Assembly (NCBI GenBank): GCA_964600375.1
Contig: CAZRKY010000001.1
Location: 1 to 49,728 of the forward strand
Source of the DNA: an uncultured Caulobacteraceae bacterium
GTDB lineage: Bacteria > Pseudomonadota > Alphaproteobacteria > Caulobacterales > Caulobacteraceae
Reading direction: 5' to 3'
DNA: 49,728 nucleotides
The notes beneath the pieces were generated by a model. It searched no databases, was not told where the DNA came from, and worked only from the letters and a program-made list of their open reading frames with translations. Shown here piece after piece: positions 26,473 to 34,335 of this stretch. Made by a program: the position numbers and the translations under genes. Every line of letters begins with the position of its first letter. The first letter of the stretch is position 1.

Positions 26473-28192
26473 CGTTCTCCACGGCCTCTTGCGCGCTGAG
26501 ATCCGGCGTCGGGAAGGTGAGGCGCGCGACAAGGCCGCCGTTCGGCCCCTTCACCACCTCGGAGTGGCCCCTCAGCTGGCGCGCGAAGGCCGTCATCAGC
26601 GTGCGGCCAACGCCGCCGCGCACGTCATCCTGCTCCATCAGGATGCCGGGCCCGTCGTCCTCGACTTCCAGGGTCGTGTCGGCCTCGGCCACCTTGAAGC
26701 GAACCCTCAGTGTGCCGCCCCGGTCGTTGAAGGCGTGTTTCTGGGCGTTGGTGATGGCCTCGACGGCCCAGAGCGCCAGGGGCGCCAGCTTGTCCGGGTC
26801 AATGACCAGGTCATCCACATCCAGCTCGGTGCGCACCAGCGGCCCCCGGCCCAGGTCCCCCTGCAGCAGCTGGGCGATGAGCTCTTCGAGGAATTGGCGC
26901 ACGTCGGCGCGGCGCAGGTCAGGGCTCTGGTAGAGCGCCCGGTAGATGAGGGCCAGGGCGGTTATCCGCTGGCGCGTGTCGCTCATCGCCGCCCGGGCGG
27001 CCGGATCGGTCAGAGACCGCTGCTGCATGTTGAGCAGGCTGGAGATGACCTGCAGGTTGTTCTTCACCCGGTGGTGGATCTCGCGCATCAGCGCGTCCTT
27101 GTGGGCGATGCTCTCGTGCAGGGAGTGGTCGCGCGCGTCGATGGCGTCGGCCATCTGGTCGAGCGTGATGGCCAGGGTGCGGATCTCAAGCGGGGCATTG
27201 CGCGCCTGCACCGGACGGACGGTGAAACGGCCCTTGGCGTAGACCCGCGCGATCCGGTCCAGATAGCCCAGCCAGCGGATCACCACCCGCTCGGTCACCA
27301 CCAGCACCGCGACGACCGCGAACAACCAGGCCAGGATGGGCAGGATCAGGCTGACGAACGGGTTCAGTCGCGCCCAGCTGAACAGGCCCTGGGCCGGCGC
27401 GGACAGCAACACGAAGACGTCCTGGCCTACCAGCGGCGCGCCGGCATAGACGTGCGTCCGGCCGGACGTGTCACGCCCGTAGAAGAGCGCCGATCCATCG
27501 TCGTCGGCCTGGGCGGTCCAGTGCCGAGGCACGCCGCGGAAAGCTTCCATATCCGTTGCGGTCAGGATCGAGCCGGAGGCGTCGATGATCGCGACCTCTG
27601 AATTGTCCGGCATGTCCCTGTCGCCGGCCACCGGGCGCAGGGCTGACAGGGGAATGACCGCCAGGAAGGCGCCGTCAAAGGCCCCGTTCGCCCGCTCCGA
27701 GCGAATGGCGGCGATGAGCGCGGGCTCGGGACCGAACACGCCGCTGGGCGCGCGGGTGACGGTCAGGCCGGCGCCGTCCTTCAGACGATCGAACCAATCC
27801 CCGGCCGCCCCGACCCGGCTATAGGCCACCGGCGCGCTGGAGCAGAGAAGCTTGCCGTTCGCACCGAAGCGCACCAGCGCATCCAGTCCGGCGACGCGTC
27901 CGGCGAGGCCGCCGAGGCGATCCTGACAGGTGGGACCGGTCGATTCCGGCCCCAGGGCGTCGAGCAGCACCACCGCGCCGTCGATGCGCGCGCGAGCGCT
28001 GGCCGCGCTGCGCTCGGCGCCCAGCAGCAGGTCCGATCGCTGGTGCTGGGCCTCCCGCTTGAACGCTTCAGCCGACTGGAGTCCGCTCAGCGCCAGCACC
28101 GGCAAGAGAGCCAGCGACAGCGCCATGAACAGGCGGAATCGAATGGTCTGGAGCCTGCGTCCGCGCGCCGGTCGCGGTCCGAGCAGCCTCAC
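26453..28192 (-). CDS. phyK: HisKA_2/HWE-type sensor histidine kinase, PhyK-like (GSR kinase)
   Basis: 579 aa with a GTG start preceded by GAGGTGA. Two TM helices flank a periplasmic domain. H-box HHRVKNNLQVISSLLNMQ. Starts 8 nt downstream of sigT, as in the Caulobacter nepR-sigT-phyK operon. Confidence 0.82.
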   Translation of the reverse strand: MRLLGPRPARGRRLQTIRFRLFMALSLALLPVLALSGLQSAEAFKREAQHQRSDLLLGAERSAASARARIDGAVVLLDALGPESTGPTCQDRLGGLAGRVAGLDALVRFGANGKLLCSSAPVAYSRVGAAGDWFDRLKDGAGLTVTRAPSGVFGPEPALIAAIRSERANGAFDGAFLAVIPLSALRPVAGDRDMPDNSEVAIIDASGSILTATDMEAFRGVPRHWTAQADDDGSALFYGRDTSGRTHVYAGAPLVGQDVFVLLSAPAQGLFSWARLNPFVSLILPILAWLFAVVAVLVVTERVVIRWLGYLDRIARVYAKGRFTVRPVQARNAPLEIRTLAITLDQMADAIDARDHSLHESIAHKDALMREIHHRVKNNLQVISSLLNMQQRSLTDPAARAAMSDTRQRITALALIYRALYQSPDLRRADVRQFLEELIAQLLQGDLGRGPLVRTELDVDDLVIDPDKLAPLALWAVEAITNAQKHAFNDRGGTLRVRFKVAEADTTLEVEDDGPGILMEQDDVRGGVGRTLMTAFARQLRGHSEVVKGPNGGLVARLTFPTPDLSAQEAVENGNSEAA

Positions 28193-28199
28193 GGCCGGA

Positions 28200-28784
28200 T
28201 CACCTCGCGCCGCTTAGACGGTCCGCATCGGCGAGGATCGAGCCCATCGCCTCCCCGGCCGGGGTTCCGTCGCGCTCATAGGCGCCGGCTTCCAGCGAGG
28301 CCTGCACGGCCCGCCGGGCGCGACTGACTCGCGATTTCACAGTGCCCACGGCGCACCCGCAGATTTCGGCGGCTTCCTCGTAGGCAAATCCGCCGGCGCC
28401 GACCAGGACCAGGGCTTCCCGCTGTTCGTCGGGCAGGGTCTTCAGCGCCTGGCGCAGTTCGTCCAGGGCGAGTGGGGCGGACGGGTCGTCGATGGCCATC
28501 AGGGTGCGTTCGGCGGCCTCCTGATCGAGTTGGGTCTGGCGCCAGGACCGGCGCTTCTCCGAGTAGAACTGGTTGCGCAGGATCATGAAGGTCCAGGCCT
28601 TCATGTTGGTGCCCATCTGGTAGCTGGCCCGCGCGTCCCAGGCCTTCAGCATCGCGTCCTGGGCCAGGTCGTCGGCCGCGGTGGCGTTGCCGCACAGCGT
28701 GCGCGCAAAGGCGCGCAGGTGCGGGATCAGGGTCACCAGCTCCTTGCGGAAGCGTTCGTCGTCTGTGGAGGCCTGGCCTGCCAT
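28200..28784 (-). CDS. sigT: ECF sigma factor, EcfG family (general stress response sigma)
   Basis: 194 aa with sigma-70 regions 2 and 4 (DDLAQDAMLKAW, EAAEICGCAVGTVKSRVSRAR). Start overlaps the nepR stop. Context with nepR and phyR. Confidence 0.9.
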   Translation of the reverse strand: MAGQASTDDERFRKELVTLIPHLRAFARTLCGNATAADDLAQDAMLKAWDARASYQMGTNMKAWTFMILRNQFYSEKRRSWRQTQLDQEAAERTLMAIDDPSAPLALDELRQALKTLPDEQREALVLVGAGGFAYEEAAEICGCAVGTVKSRVSRARRAVQASLEAGAYERDGTPAGEAMGSILADADRLSGAR

Positions 28785-28993
28785 CAGGACCCGCCCTTCG
28801 ACTTGTCGTCGGCGCGGCGGAGGATGTCGAGGAAGTCGTCAGGCACTGGTTCGTTCACCACCTGATCGAACATCTGGCGCAGCTTCACGCCGATGGCCTG
28901 CTGCCGAAGCCGAGCCTCGTCGAGCGCCTGATCGTCTCGCTCCGGCGCGGGGCGTGGGGATTCGCTGTGATCAATCATGACTTTACGGCGCAT
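28784..28993 (-). CDS. nepR: anti-sigma factor NepR
   Basis: 69 aa. Conserved NepR core (LRQMFDQVVNEPVPDDFLDILRRAD). Alternative start at 28978. Confidence 0.85.
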   Translation of the reverse strand: MRRKVMIDHSESPRPAPERDDQALDEARLRQQAIGVKLRQMFDQVVNEPVPDDFLDILRRADDKSKGGS

Positions 28994-29071
28994 GGGACGC
29001 GCGCCGTCTTTCCGAAAGCGTGTGATTTCATAATATTACGCGCCGCCCCCTGGCTTGCTTGACCCGCGACT

Positions 29072-29097
29072 AACGCAGTCCCCGTCCTTACGGTTCC
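29072..29097 (-). promoter_or_regulatory. EcfG/SigT-type promoter GGAAC-N17-CGTT for nepR-sigT-phyK (autoregulation)
   Basis: The plus strand shows AACG (29072-29075), N17, GTTCC (29093-29097), about 80 bp upstream of the nepR ATG. Confidence 0.75.
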
Positions 29098-29138
29098 CCG
29101 GCAAGCCAAAATAAAGTGAAGCTTGCCCGGATTCGAGC

Positions 29139-29163
29139 GGAACCATAACGCTCTGACCTCATT
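29139..29163 (+). promoter_or_regulatory. imperfect EcfG-type promoter GGAAC-N16-CATT upstream of phyR
   Basis: GGAAC at 29139-29143 and CATT at 29160-29163, one mismatch in the -10 element. Orientation and distance to phyR are correct. Confidence 0.45.
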
Positions 29164-29248
29164 ATGATGTTCGGCAGGGGCGCGCACGCGCATGCGCCCC
29201 GCCATGATTTTTAGTCAGCACTGCAACTTGCGTGTCGGGGAAATGAAC

Positions 29249-30046
29249 ATGGGTCTTCTGGCCAGACTGGCGCCGCATCTGCCTTACGTCCGCCGCTATG
29301 CGCGGGCGCTCACCGGTGATCAGAAAACCGGCGACAACTACGTCCGCGTGGCGCTGGAGGCCCTGGCCGCCGGCGAGCGCAGCCTGGACGAGGGCCTTTC
29401 GCCGCGGGTGTCGCTCTACCACGTGTTCCACGCCATCTGGTGCTCCACCGGCGCCCAGCTGGAAAGCGAAGACACTGGGCTCGGCGCCCCCGACGAGGCG
29501 GCCCGCCGCTTGATGCGGATCGCCCCCCGGTCGCGCCAGGCCTTCCTGCTCACCGCGCTTGAGGGCTTCACCCCCTCTGAGGCCGCCCAGATCCTCGGCG
29601 GCGACGTCACCGAAGTCGAGCAGCTGATCGGCGAGGCCCAGGCCGAAATCGATGCCGAACTGGCGACCGACGTGCTGATCATCGAGGACGAACCGGTCAT
29701 CGCCTCCGATATCGAGGCCCTGGTCCGCGAGCTCGGCCACACGGTCATCGATGTGGCCGCCACCCACAACGAGGCCATCGACTCGGTCGCGCGCAAGCGG
29801 CCCGGCCTTGTGCTGGCGGATATCCAGCTGGCCGACGGCTCCTCGGGCATCGACGCGGTGAAGGACATCCTGACCAAGTTCGACGTGCCGGTGATCTTCA
29901 TCACGGCCTTCCCCGAGCGCCTGCTGACCGGCGAGCGTCCCGAGCCGACCTTCTTGATCACCAAGCCCTTCCAGCCCGAAACGGTGAAGGCGGCGATCGG
30001 CCAGGCGCTCTTCTTCCACCCGGTCCGCACCCGCGAAGCGGCCTAG
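29249..30046 (+). CDS. phyR: anti-anti-sigma response regulator PhyR (sigma-like domain + receiver)
   Basis: N-terminus MGLLARLAPHLPYVRRYARALTGDQ, typical of PhyR. C-terminal receiver (VLIIEDEP...LADIQLADGSSG...). Alternative ATG at 29243. Confidence 0.92.
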   Translation: MGLLARLAPHLPYVRRYARALTGDQKTGDNYVRVALEALAAGERSLDEGLSPRVSLYHVFHAIWCSTGAQLESEDTGLGAPDEAARRLMRIAPRSRQAFLLTALEGFTPSEAAQILGGDVTEVEQLIGEAQAEIDAELATDVLIIEDEPVIASDIEALVRELGHTVIDVAATHNEAIDSVARKRPGLVLADIQLADGSSGIDAVKDILTKFDVPVIFITAFPERLLTGERPEPTFLITKPFQPETVKAAIGQALFFHPVRTREAA

Positions 30047-30071
30047 CGACCCTGAACGGCCCCGACCCTTG

Positions 30072-30108
30072 GTCCTCCGGCTCTCGTGAGCCGGAGGACT
30101 TTCTTTTG
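30072..30108 (+). terminator. intrinsic terminator after phyR
   Basis: GTCCTCCGGCTC-TCGT-GAGCCGGAGGAC followed by TTTCTTTTG. Confidence 0.8.
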
Positions 30109-30112
30109 CGCG

Positions 30113-30391
30113 CTAGGAGCCGGACCGCTGCCGGATCGGCGGATCGGCCGGGGTGTTGAAGTCAGACGCCTCGGCGGCCTGGGCCTGCGGACTGTCCTCG
30201 GTGGCGGCGAACGGGCCCATGTGCAGGCCCCACACGACCAGGAAGGCGGCGACCACCAGGACCAGGGAGGTGGCCAGGATCCAGACGACGTGGGTGCCAC
30301 GGCGGCCCTGACGCACGTACTGGGCCTCGACGGGCCGGCCTTCATGCACGGCGTCGGCGGCCTGGGAATGGGGATCGAGAGCCTGGGTCAT
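30113..30391 (-). CDS. small single-pass membrane protein (hypothetical, GSR-associated)
   Basis: 92 aa from the ATG at 30391, preceded by the strong SD GAGGAGAA. One TM helix (VVWILATSLVLVVAAFLVVWGL). Has its own EcfG-type promoter. Confidence 0.7.
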   Translation of the reverse strand: MTQALDPHSQAADAVHEGRPVEAQYVRQGRRGTHVVWILATSLVLVVAAFLVVWGLHMGPFAATEDSPQAQAAEASDFNTPADPPIRQRSGS

Positions 30392-30420
30392 CGCTTTTCT
30401 CCTCTTCGTGCGAAGAGGGG

Positions 30421-30445
30421 AACGAACGTGGGGCGGGGCCGTTCC
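30421..30445 (-). promoter_or_regulatory. EcfG/SigT-type promoter GGAAC-N16-CGTT for the small membrane protein
   Basis: Reverse complement of 30421-30445 is GGAAC GGCCCCGCCCCACGTT CGTT. The -10 element lies about 30 nt upstream of the ATG. Confidence 0.7.
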
Positions 30446-30503
30446 CGCCGAACCCTTGTGGAACAAGGGGTTCGCGCCGACAGAAAAAAATTGCGACTTT
30501 TCC

Positions 30504-30528
30504 GGAACCCATGCGCCCGGCTGCCGTT
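30504..30528 (+). promoter_or_regulatory. EcfG/SigT-type promoter GGAAC-N16-CGTT driving a non-coding transcript
   Basis: GGAAC at 30504-30508, N16, CGTT at 30525-30528. No ORF follows before the terminator at about 30621-30655. Confidence 0.75.
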
Positions 30529-30534
30529 TACATG

Positions 30535-30650
30535 ATGCGGAGGCGGTGACGCCCCCCCCGACTTGAGACTGGCCTAGCCAGTCTACCGTCTCCGCACCTT
30601 ATTCTCGATGATGCGACTTCGGCGGGCTCCCCAGGGAGCCCGCCTTTTCG
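30535..30650 (+). ncRNA. gsrN: SigT-dependent small RNA, GsrN-like (C-rich unpaired region + intrinsic terminator)
   Basis: Promoter-to-terminator unit of about 115 nt. Outer stem 30538-30548 / 30585-30595 encloses an unpaired C8 tract (30552-30559) and the hairpin AGACTGG/CCAGTCT (30566-30584). Terminator stem GGCGGGCTCC/GGAGCCCGCC plus TTTTCGTTGTT. The ends are estimates. Confidence 0.65.
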
Positions 30651-30666
30651 TTGTTCGCGTGGGCTG

Positions 30667-31125
30667 TCAGCGCGGCGTGACGGTCAGGAACACTTCCGCG
30701 CGGCGACGGACGGGGTCGTCCTGGCCCTGGGCCGTCGTGGCCCCGGCTTCGCCGTTTGCGTCGATTTCGAAGGACGGCGCGGGAAGGCCCTGTTGCCGAA
30801 GGGCGCCGGCCACGGCGACGGCGCGTTGCTGCGACAGGGTCAGGTTGGCCTGGGAGCCGCCGGTGGCGTCGGAAAGCCCCACCACCCTGGCCCGGGTGAT
30901 GTTGCAGTCCCTGAGCGCGCGCCCGGTCTCCTGGATCAATTGTCCGGCCGGCCGGGTGAGGCGATTGGAATTCTCGCTGAAATAGACCGTGAACTGGGTG
31001 TCCACACAGGCGCTTTCGGTGCGGACCAGGTCTGAACGCGTCCGCACCAGGTGTCCGCACCCGGCCGCCGACACGCCGAAACCCACCACCACGACCGCCA
31101 GAACCGCTACCGCCGACTTGCTCAT
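30667..31125 (-). CDS. OmpA/MotB C-terminal domain lipoprotein
   Basis: 152 aa from the ATG at 31125 (SD GGAGGG). Signal peptide with lipobox SAAGC. OmpA-like segment (TVYFSENSNRL...NLTLSQQRAVAVAGAL...RRAEVF). Confidence 0.8.
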   Translation of the reverse strand: MSKSAVAVLAVVVVGFGVSAAGCGHLVRTRSDLVRTESACVDTQFTVYFSENSNRLTRPAGQLIQETGRALRDCNITRARVVGLSDATGGSQANLTLSQQRAVAVAGALRQQGLPAPSFEIDANGEAGATTAQGQDDPVRRRAEVFLTVTPR

Positions 31126-31263
31126 CGCACCCTCCATGGCAAAGCTTGCTTGCCCCCTGATAGCGCGTGGCGGCGAATTTTGTTCATTTTCTGTGGAACC
31201 CGCATTCGCGTGACGGGCGAGAGCGCTGGAAAGCCCTGTGGCTTTCGGGACCTATGCCAATCC

Positions 31264-31278
31264 TTAACCGTGCGTTAA
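31264..31278. promoter_or_regulatory. TTAA-N7-TTAA (CtrA-box-like) site
   Basis: TTAACCGTGCGTTAA read directly, about 76 bp upstream of the ATG at 31354. Confidence 0.35.
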
Positions 31279-31353
31279 TCTTGATGATGAGTACGGGACC
31301 GGCGCTCGCCCTGGAGGTGGGGCGGCCGGCAGGGGTTCAAGGAGAGGGTCACC

Positions 31354-31818
31354 ATGCGTTTTCCACAAGCGGCGCACATGCCGGACGACGGCCACGGACA
31401 CGGCCACGGCCATGACGATCACGGCCACAGCGCGCCTGCAGCCGCCACCAGCTCAAGCGCCGTGGATGCGCCGGTCTGGGCGCGTCGCCAAGGCCGCAGC
31501 GGCGGGGGCGCCGGCATTTTCGGCATCCTGTTCTTCCTCCTGGCCATCTTCGGCATCCTGTCGATCGCGCTAGCGGTCATGGACAAGTCGTTCGCCGCGG
31601 GCGGCGCCCGTATCGATGGCTGGATCAAGCCGGCCGTTGACCAGATCGCCAAGATGACCGGCAAGGCCGGCGCCAAGGCCGAGGACGCCGCCGGTGACGC
31701 CGCCGCCGCCGCGGGCGACGCGGCCGAAGCCGCCGGCGACGCCGCGGAATCTGCCGGCGACGCCGCCCAGGAAGCCACGGCCCCGGCCGCCGCGCCTGCC
31801 GCTCCGGCCAAGAAATAG
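31354..31818 (+). CDS. hypothetical membrane protein with His-rich N-terminus and Ala/Asp heptad-repeat C-terminus
   Basis: 154 aa, SD AAGGAGAG. N-terminal DDGHGHGHGHDDHGH, one TM helix (IFGILFFLLAIFGILSIALAV), and a C-terminal (A)GDAAxxA x4 repeat. Confidence 0.7.
   Translation: MRFPQAAHMPDDGHGHGHGHDDHGHSAPAAATSSSAVDAPVWARRQGRSGGGAGIFGILFFLLAIFGILSIALAVMDKSFAAGGARIDGWIKPAVDQIAKMTGKAGAKAEDAAGDAAAAAGDAAEAAGDAAESAGDAAQEATAPAAAPAAPAKK
31687..31770 (+). repeat. in-frame 21-bp imperfect tandem repeat x4 (GDAAxxA heptads)
   Basis: GG(T/C)GAC starts at 31693, 31714, 31735 and 31756. Confidence 0.8.
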
Positions 31819-31857
31819 GGCTTCGGCCGGCCTTTTTGGCCGTCTGCAAGCTTGACA

Positions 31858-31882
31858 GGAACCGGCGCCCCGCGCGCACGTT
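31858..31882 (+). promoter_or_regulatory. EcfG/SigT-type promoter GGAAC-N16-CGTT for the lipid-kinase/phosphoesterase operon
   Basis: GGAAC at 31858-31862 and CGTT at 31879-31882. The ATG at 31891 is only 8 nt past the -10 element, which implies a leaderless or near-leaderless mRNA. Confidence 0.65.
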
Positions 31883-31890
31883 CGGTCGTG

Positions 31891-32835
31891 ATGACTGATG
31901 CGGGCGGGGCCCTTCCAACCTTGAAACTGACGCCGCACGCGCGACTCGAGCGCGTGGAGGTCGTCATCAATCCTGCGTCCGGCGGCGTGGGCCCGACGGC
32001 TGCGGCCGAATGTGAGGCCCTGTGCAAGGCCTTCGACGGCGCCGACTGGAACCTGGTCGAGGTCCAGCCCGGCGGTGTGGACAAGGCCGTCCAGGACGCC
32101 GTGGACGCCAAGCCCGACCTTGTGATCATCCTGGCCGGCGACGGCACGGCTCGCGCCGCCGCCACCCTGGCCGGTCCGCACGGCCCCATGGTCGCGCCGC
32201 TGCCCGGCGGCACCATGAACATGCTGCCCAAGGCCCTCTACGGGACCGCCGACTGGAAGGCGGCCCTGAACCTCGCCCTGACGGAGGGCGTCGAGCGCCC
32301 GGTAGCGGGCGGCGAGGTCGACGGCATCAGCTTCTTCTGCGCCGCCATCCTGGGCGCGCCCGCCCTGTGGGCCCCGGCGCGGGAGGCCGTTCGCTCCGGC
32401 GCTCCCCGTCTGGCCTGGCTCTACGCCAAGCGGGCGCTGCGCCGCGCCTTCGCCGGCCATATCCGTTTCCAGCTCGACAACGGGGTGGTCTGCAAGGGCG
32501 AGGCGCTGGCGCTCATCACCCCCCTGATCTCCCGGGCGCTGGAAACCCCGTCGGGCCTGGAATCGGCGGTGATGAACCTGTCGGGCGCCAGCGAGGCCTT
32601 CCGTCTGGCGGCCACCGCGCTGTTCTCGGACTGGCGCAGCGACCCGTCTGTCGAGACCAAGGTGGTGCGCCACGCCGTCGCCTGGGCCCACCACGAGATG
32701 CCGGCCATCCTCGACGGGGAGAGCGTCCACCTGGGCAAGCGCGCGACCGTGACCTTCGTCCCCTGCGCGTTCCGCACCCTGGCGCCGAAGGTCGCCAACT
32801 CCGCCATTTCCCTCGCCCCTGAGGCCCAGGGCTGA
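31891..32835 (+). CDS. diacylglycerol/lipid kinase family protein (DAGK_cat, YegS/BmrU-like)
   Basis: 314 aa from the ATG at 31891. Motifs VVINPASGG, AGDGT and PGGTMN. The track start (TTG at 31852) lies upstream of the predicted promoter. Confidence 0.78.
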   Translation: MTDAGGALPTLKLTPHARLERVEVVINPASGGVGPTAAAECEALCKAFDGADWNLVEVQPGGVDKAVQDAVDAKPDLVIILAGDGTARAAATLAGPHGPMVAPLPGGTMNMLPKALYGTADWKAALNLALTEGVERPVAGGEVDGISFFCAAILGAPALWAPAREAVRSGAPRLAWLYAKRALRRAFAGHIRFQLDNGVVCKGEALALITPLISRALETPSGLESAVMNLSGASEAFRLAATALFSDWRSDPSVETKVVRHAVAWAHHEMPAILDGESVHLGKRATVTFVPCAFRTLAPKVANSAISLAPEAQG

Positions 32836-33665
32836 TGGGTCGAATCTTTCACTTCTCGGACGTCCACTTCGGGGCCGAACACAAGGCCGCGGTCGCCGCG
32901 GCCCTGGCCCATGCCCATGCCAATGAGCGCGATCTGGTCCTGATCACTGGCGACATCACGCAGCAGGGCTACCGCCGGGAGTTCGCCGCCGCGGCAGAGT
33001 GGATCGCCGCCATGCCCGAGCCGGTGTTCGTGGTCACCGGCAACCACGACGTGCCCTACTGGGATCCGTTCGCGCGCGTCTTCGCGCCCTGGAAGCGGTT
33101 CGAGCACTACGTGGGGGTCCCCGCCTTCGACCACCAGTTCGACGCGCCGGGGCTATCGGTGCGGGGGGTCAACACCGCCCGCGGCTGGCAGATGCGCACC
33201 AACTGGTCCAAGGGCGTCATCGACCTCGACCAGACCCGCCGCGCCGCCTACGCCCTGGCCAATGCGCCCGAGGGGGCGCTCAAGATCCTGGCCTGCCACC
33301 ATCCGCTGATCGAGATGATCGGCGCGCCGATGAGCGGCGAGGTGATCCGTGGTCAAGCGGCGGCGAAGATCTTCACCGATTGCGGCGTGGATCTGATCAT
33401 GACCGGTCACGTCCATGTCCCGTTCGCCCTGCCGATCACCATGGGCGACAAGTGCTCCTACGGCGTGGGCGCCGGGACCCTCTCCATGCGTGAGCGCGGC
33501 ATGCCGCCCGGCTTCAACTGCGTCGAATGGGATGACGCCACGGTGACGGTCACCGCGCTGGGCTGGGCCGGGTCGCACTTCGAGTCCCAGAGAACCTGGC
33601 ATCTGGAGCGGCGGACAACGACGAAAGCCGCGGCGTTGCGAGCCGCGGCTTCCATTCCGTCCTAG
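32835..33665 (+). CDS. metallophosphoesterase (calcineurin-like)
   Basis: 276 aa. Motifs HFSDVHFG, GDITQ, GNHD and GHVH. Start overlaps the upstream stop (TGATG). Confidence 0.88.
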   Translation: MGRIFHFSDVHFGAEHKAAVAAALAHAHANERDLVLITGDITQQGYRREFAAAAEWIAAMPEPVFVVTGNHDVPYWDPFARVFAPWKRFEHYVGVPAFDHQFDAPGLSVRGVNTARGWQMRTNWSKGVIDLDQTRRAAYALANAPEGALKILACHHPLIEMIGAPMSGEVIRGQAAAKIFTDCGVDLIMTGHVHVPFALPITMGDKCSYGVGAGTLSMRERGMPPGFNCVEWDDATVTVTALGWAGSHFESQRTWHLERRTTTKAAALRAAASIPS

Positions 33666-33678
33666 GCGACGCGGGCCG

Positions 33679-33855
33679 CTAGACCCGGGTGCCGCGACCC
33701 CTGAACGCGCCCGCGATCAGCGAAACCACGAACAGCACGATAAAGACGAAGAACAGGATCTTGGCGATGTCCATGGACACGCCGGCCACGCCGCCGAAGC
33801 CGAGGAAGGCGGCGATCAGCGCGACAATCAAGAAACCCAAGGCCCAGCGAAGCAT
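33679..33855 (-). CDS. DUF1328 (YtjA-like) small membrane protein
   Basis: Not in the ORF track (58 aa). My translation is [66 protein letters not shown], with its own EcfG-type promoter. Confidence 0.8.
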   Translation of the reverse strand: MLRWALGFLIVALIAAFLGFGGVAGVSMDIAKILFFVFIVLFVVSLIAGAFRGRGTRV

Positions 33856-33905
33856 GTCGTATCTCCTGAAAGTTACGGCCCTGCGGCGGGCCGTTCGGAG
33901 ATAAC

Positions 33906-33930
33906 AACGTTGGCGGAGGCCCTGCGTTCC
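33906..33930 (-). promoter_or_regulatory. EcfG/SigT-type promoter GGAAC-N16-CGTT for the DUF1328 gene
   Basis: The plus strand shows AACG (33906-33909), N16, GTTCC (33926-33930). It starts 3 nt after the stop codon of the upstream membrane-protein gene. Confidence 0.72.
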
Positions 33931-33933
33931 GGC

Positions 33934-34335
33934 CTAGCGACGGCGCTTGGGACCTTCGTCCGAGGGCGCGCCGCTGAGGGCGGCGGCGACGATGGTGGCG
34001 AGCGCCGGGTTGCGCAGGAAGATGAAGCCCGCGGCCAGCCCCGCCGCGGTCGCCGCGATGGGGCGCTCCTTGGCGAAGCCGATCAACCGGTGGGTCAGGC
34101 TCTCAGGCTCCGGCTCCGGCGCCGAGCGGAACATCGGCTTGCCGAAGGCCAGCAGGCCTACGATGCCGGCCCCGACCGCCATGATCGCGGCGAGCACGAG
34201 CGCCGCTCCCCAGTTCGGCAGGACCTGGACAAGGCCGTACCAGGCGGCGCTGCCCAGGGCCGTGACGCAGAGGATCACAGCCGTCGCGATCGCCGCGATG
34301 GCTGCGACCTTCGCCGCGATGCGACCTCCGATCAA
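33934..34335 (-). CDS. small multi-TM membrane protein (YqjE / holin-X-like, tentative)
   Basis: 133 aa and hydrophobic. TTG start overlaps the TGA of the DUF883 gene (TTGA). The family assignment rests on synteny with the DUF883 gene, as in yqjD-yqjE. Confidence 0.55.
   Translation of the reverse strand: MIGGRIAAKVAAIAAIATAVILCVTALGSAAWYGLVQVLPNWGAALVLAAIMAVGAGIVGLLAFGKPMFRSAPEPEPESLTHRLIGFAKERPIAATAAGLAAGFIFLRNPALATIVAAALSGAPSDEGPKRRR

Noticed and set aside
31155-31200. EcfG-type promoters for the OmpA-like lipoprotein gene (minus strand) and for the gene at 31354 (plus strand)
   Set aside because: The best minus-strand candidate reads TGAAC-N16-CGCT, with two mismatches in the most conserved positions. 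The plus-strand GGAAC at about 31194 has no CGTT at N16 or N17. Too weak to call.
33662-33907. 81-aa minus-strand ORF from the track overlapping the DUF1328 region
   Set aside because: It is in a different frame from the 58-aa DUF1328 protein, which has an SD, a matching promoter and a recognisable family sequence. The 81-aa translation is Arg-rich and featureless.
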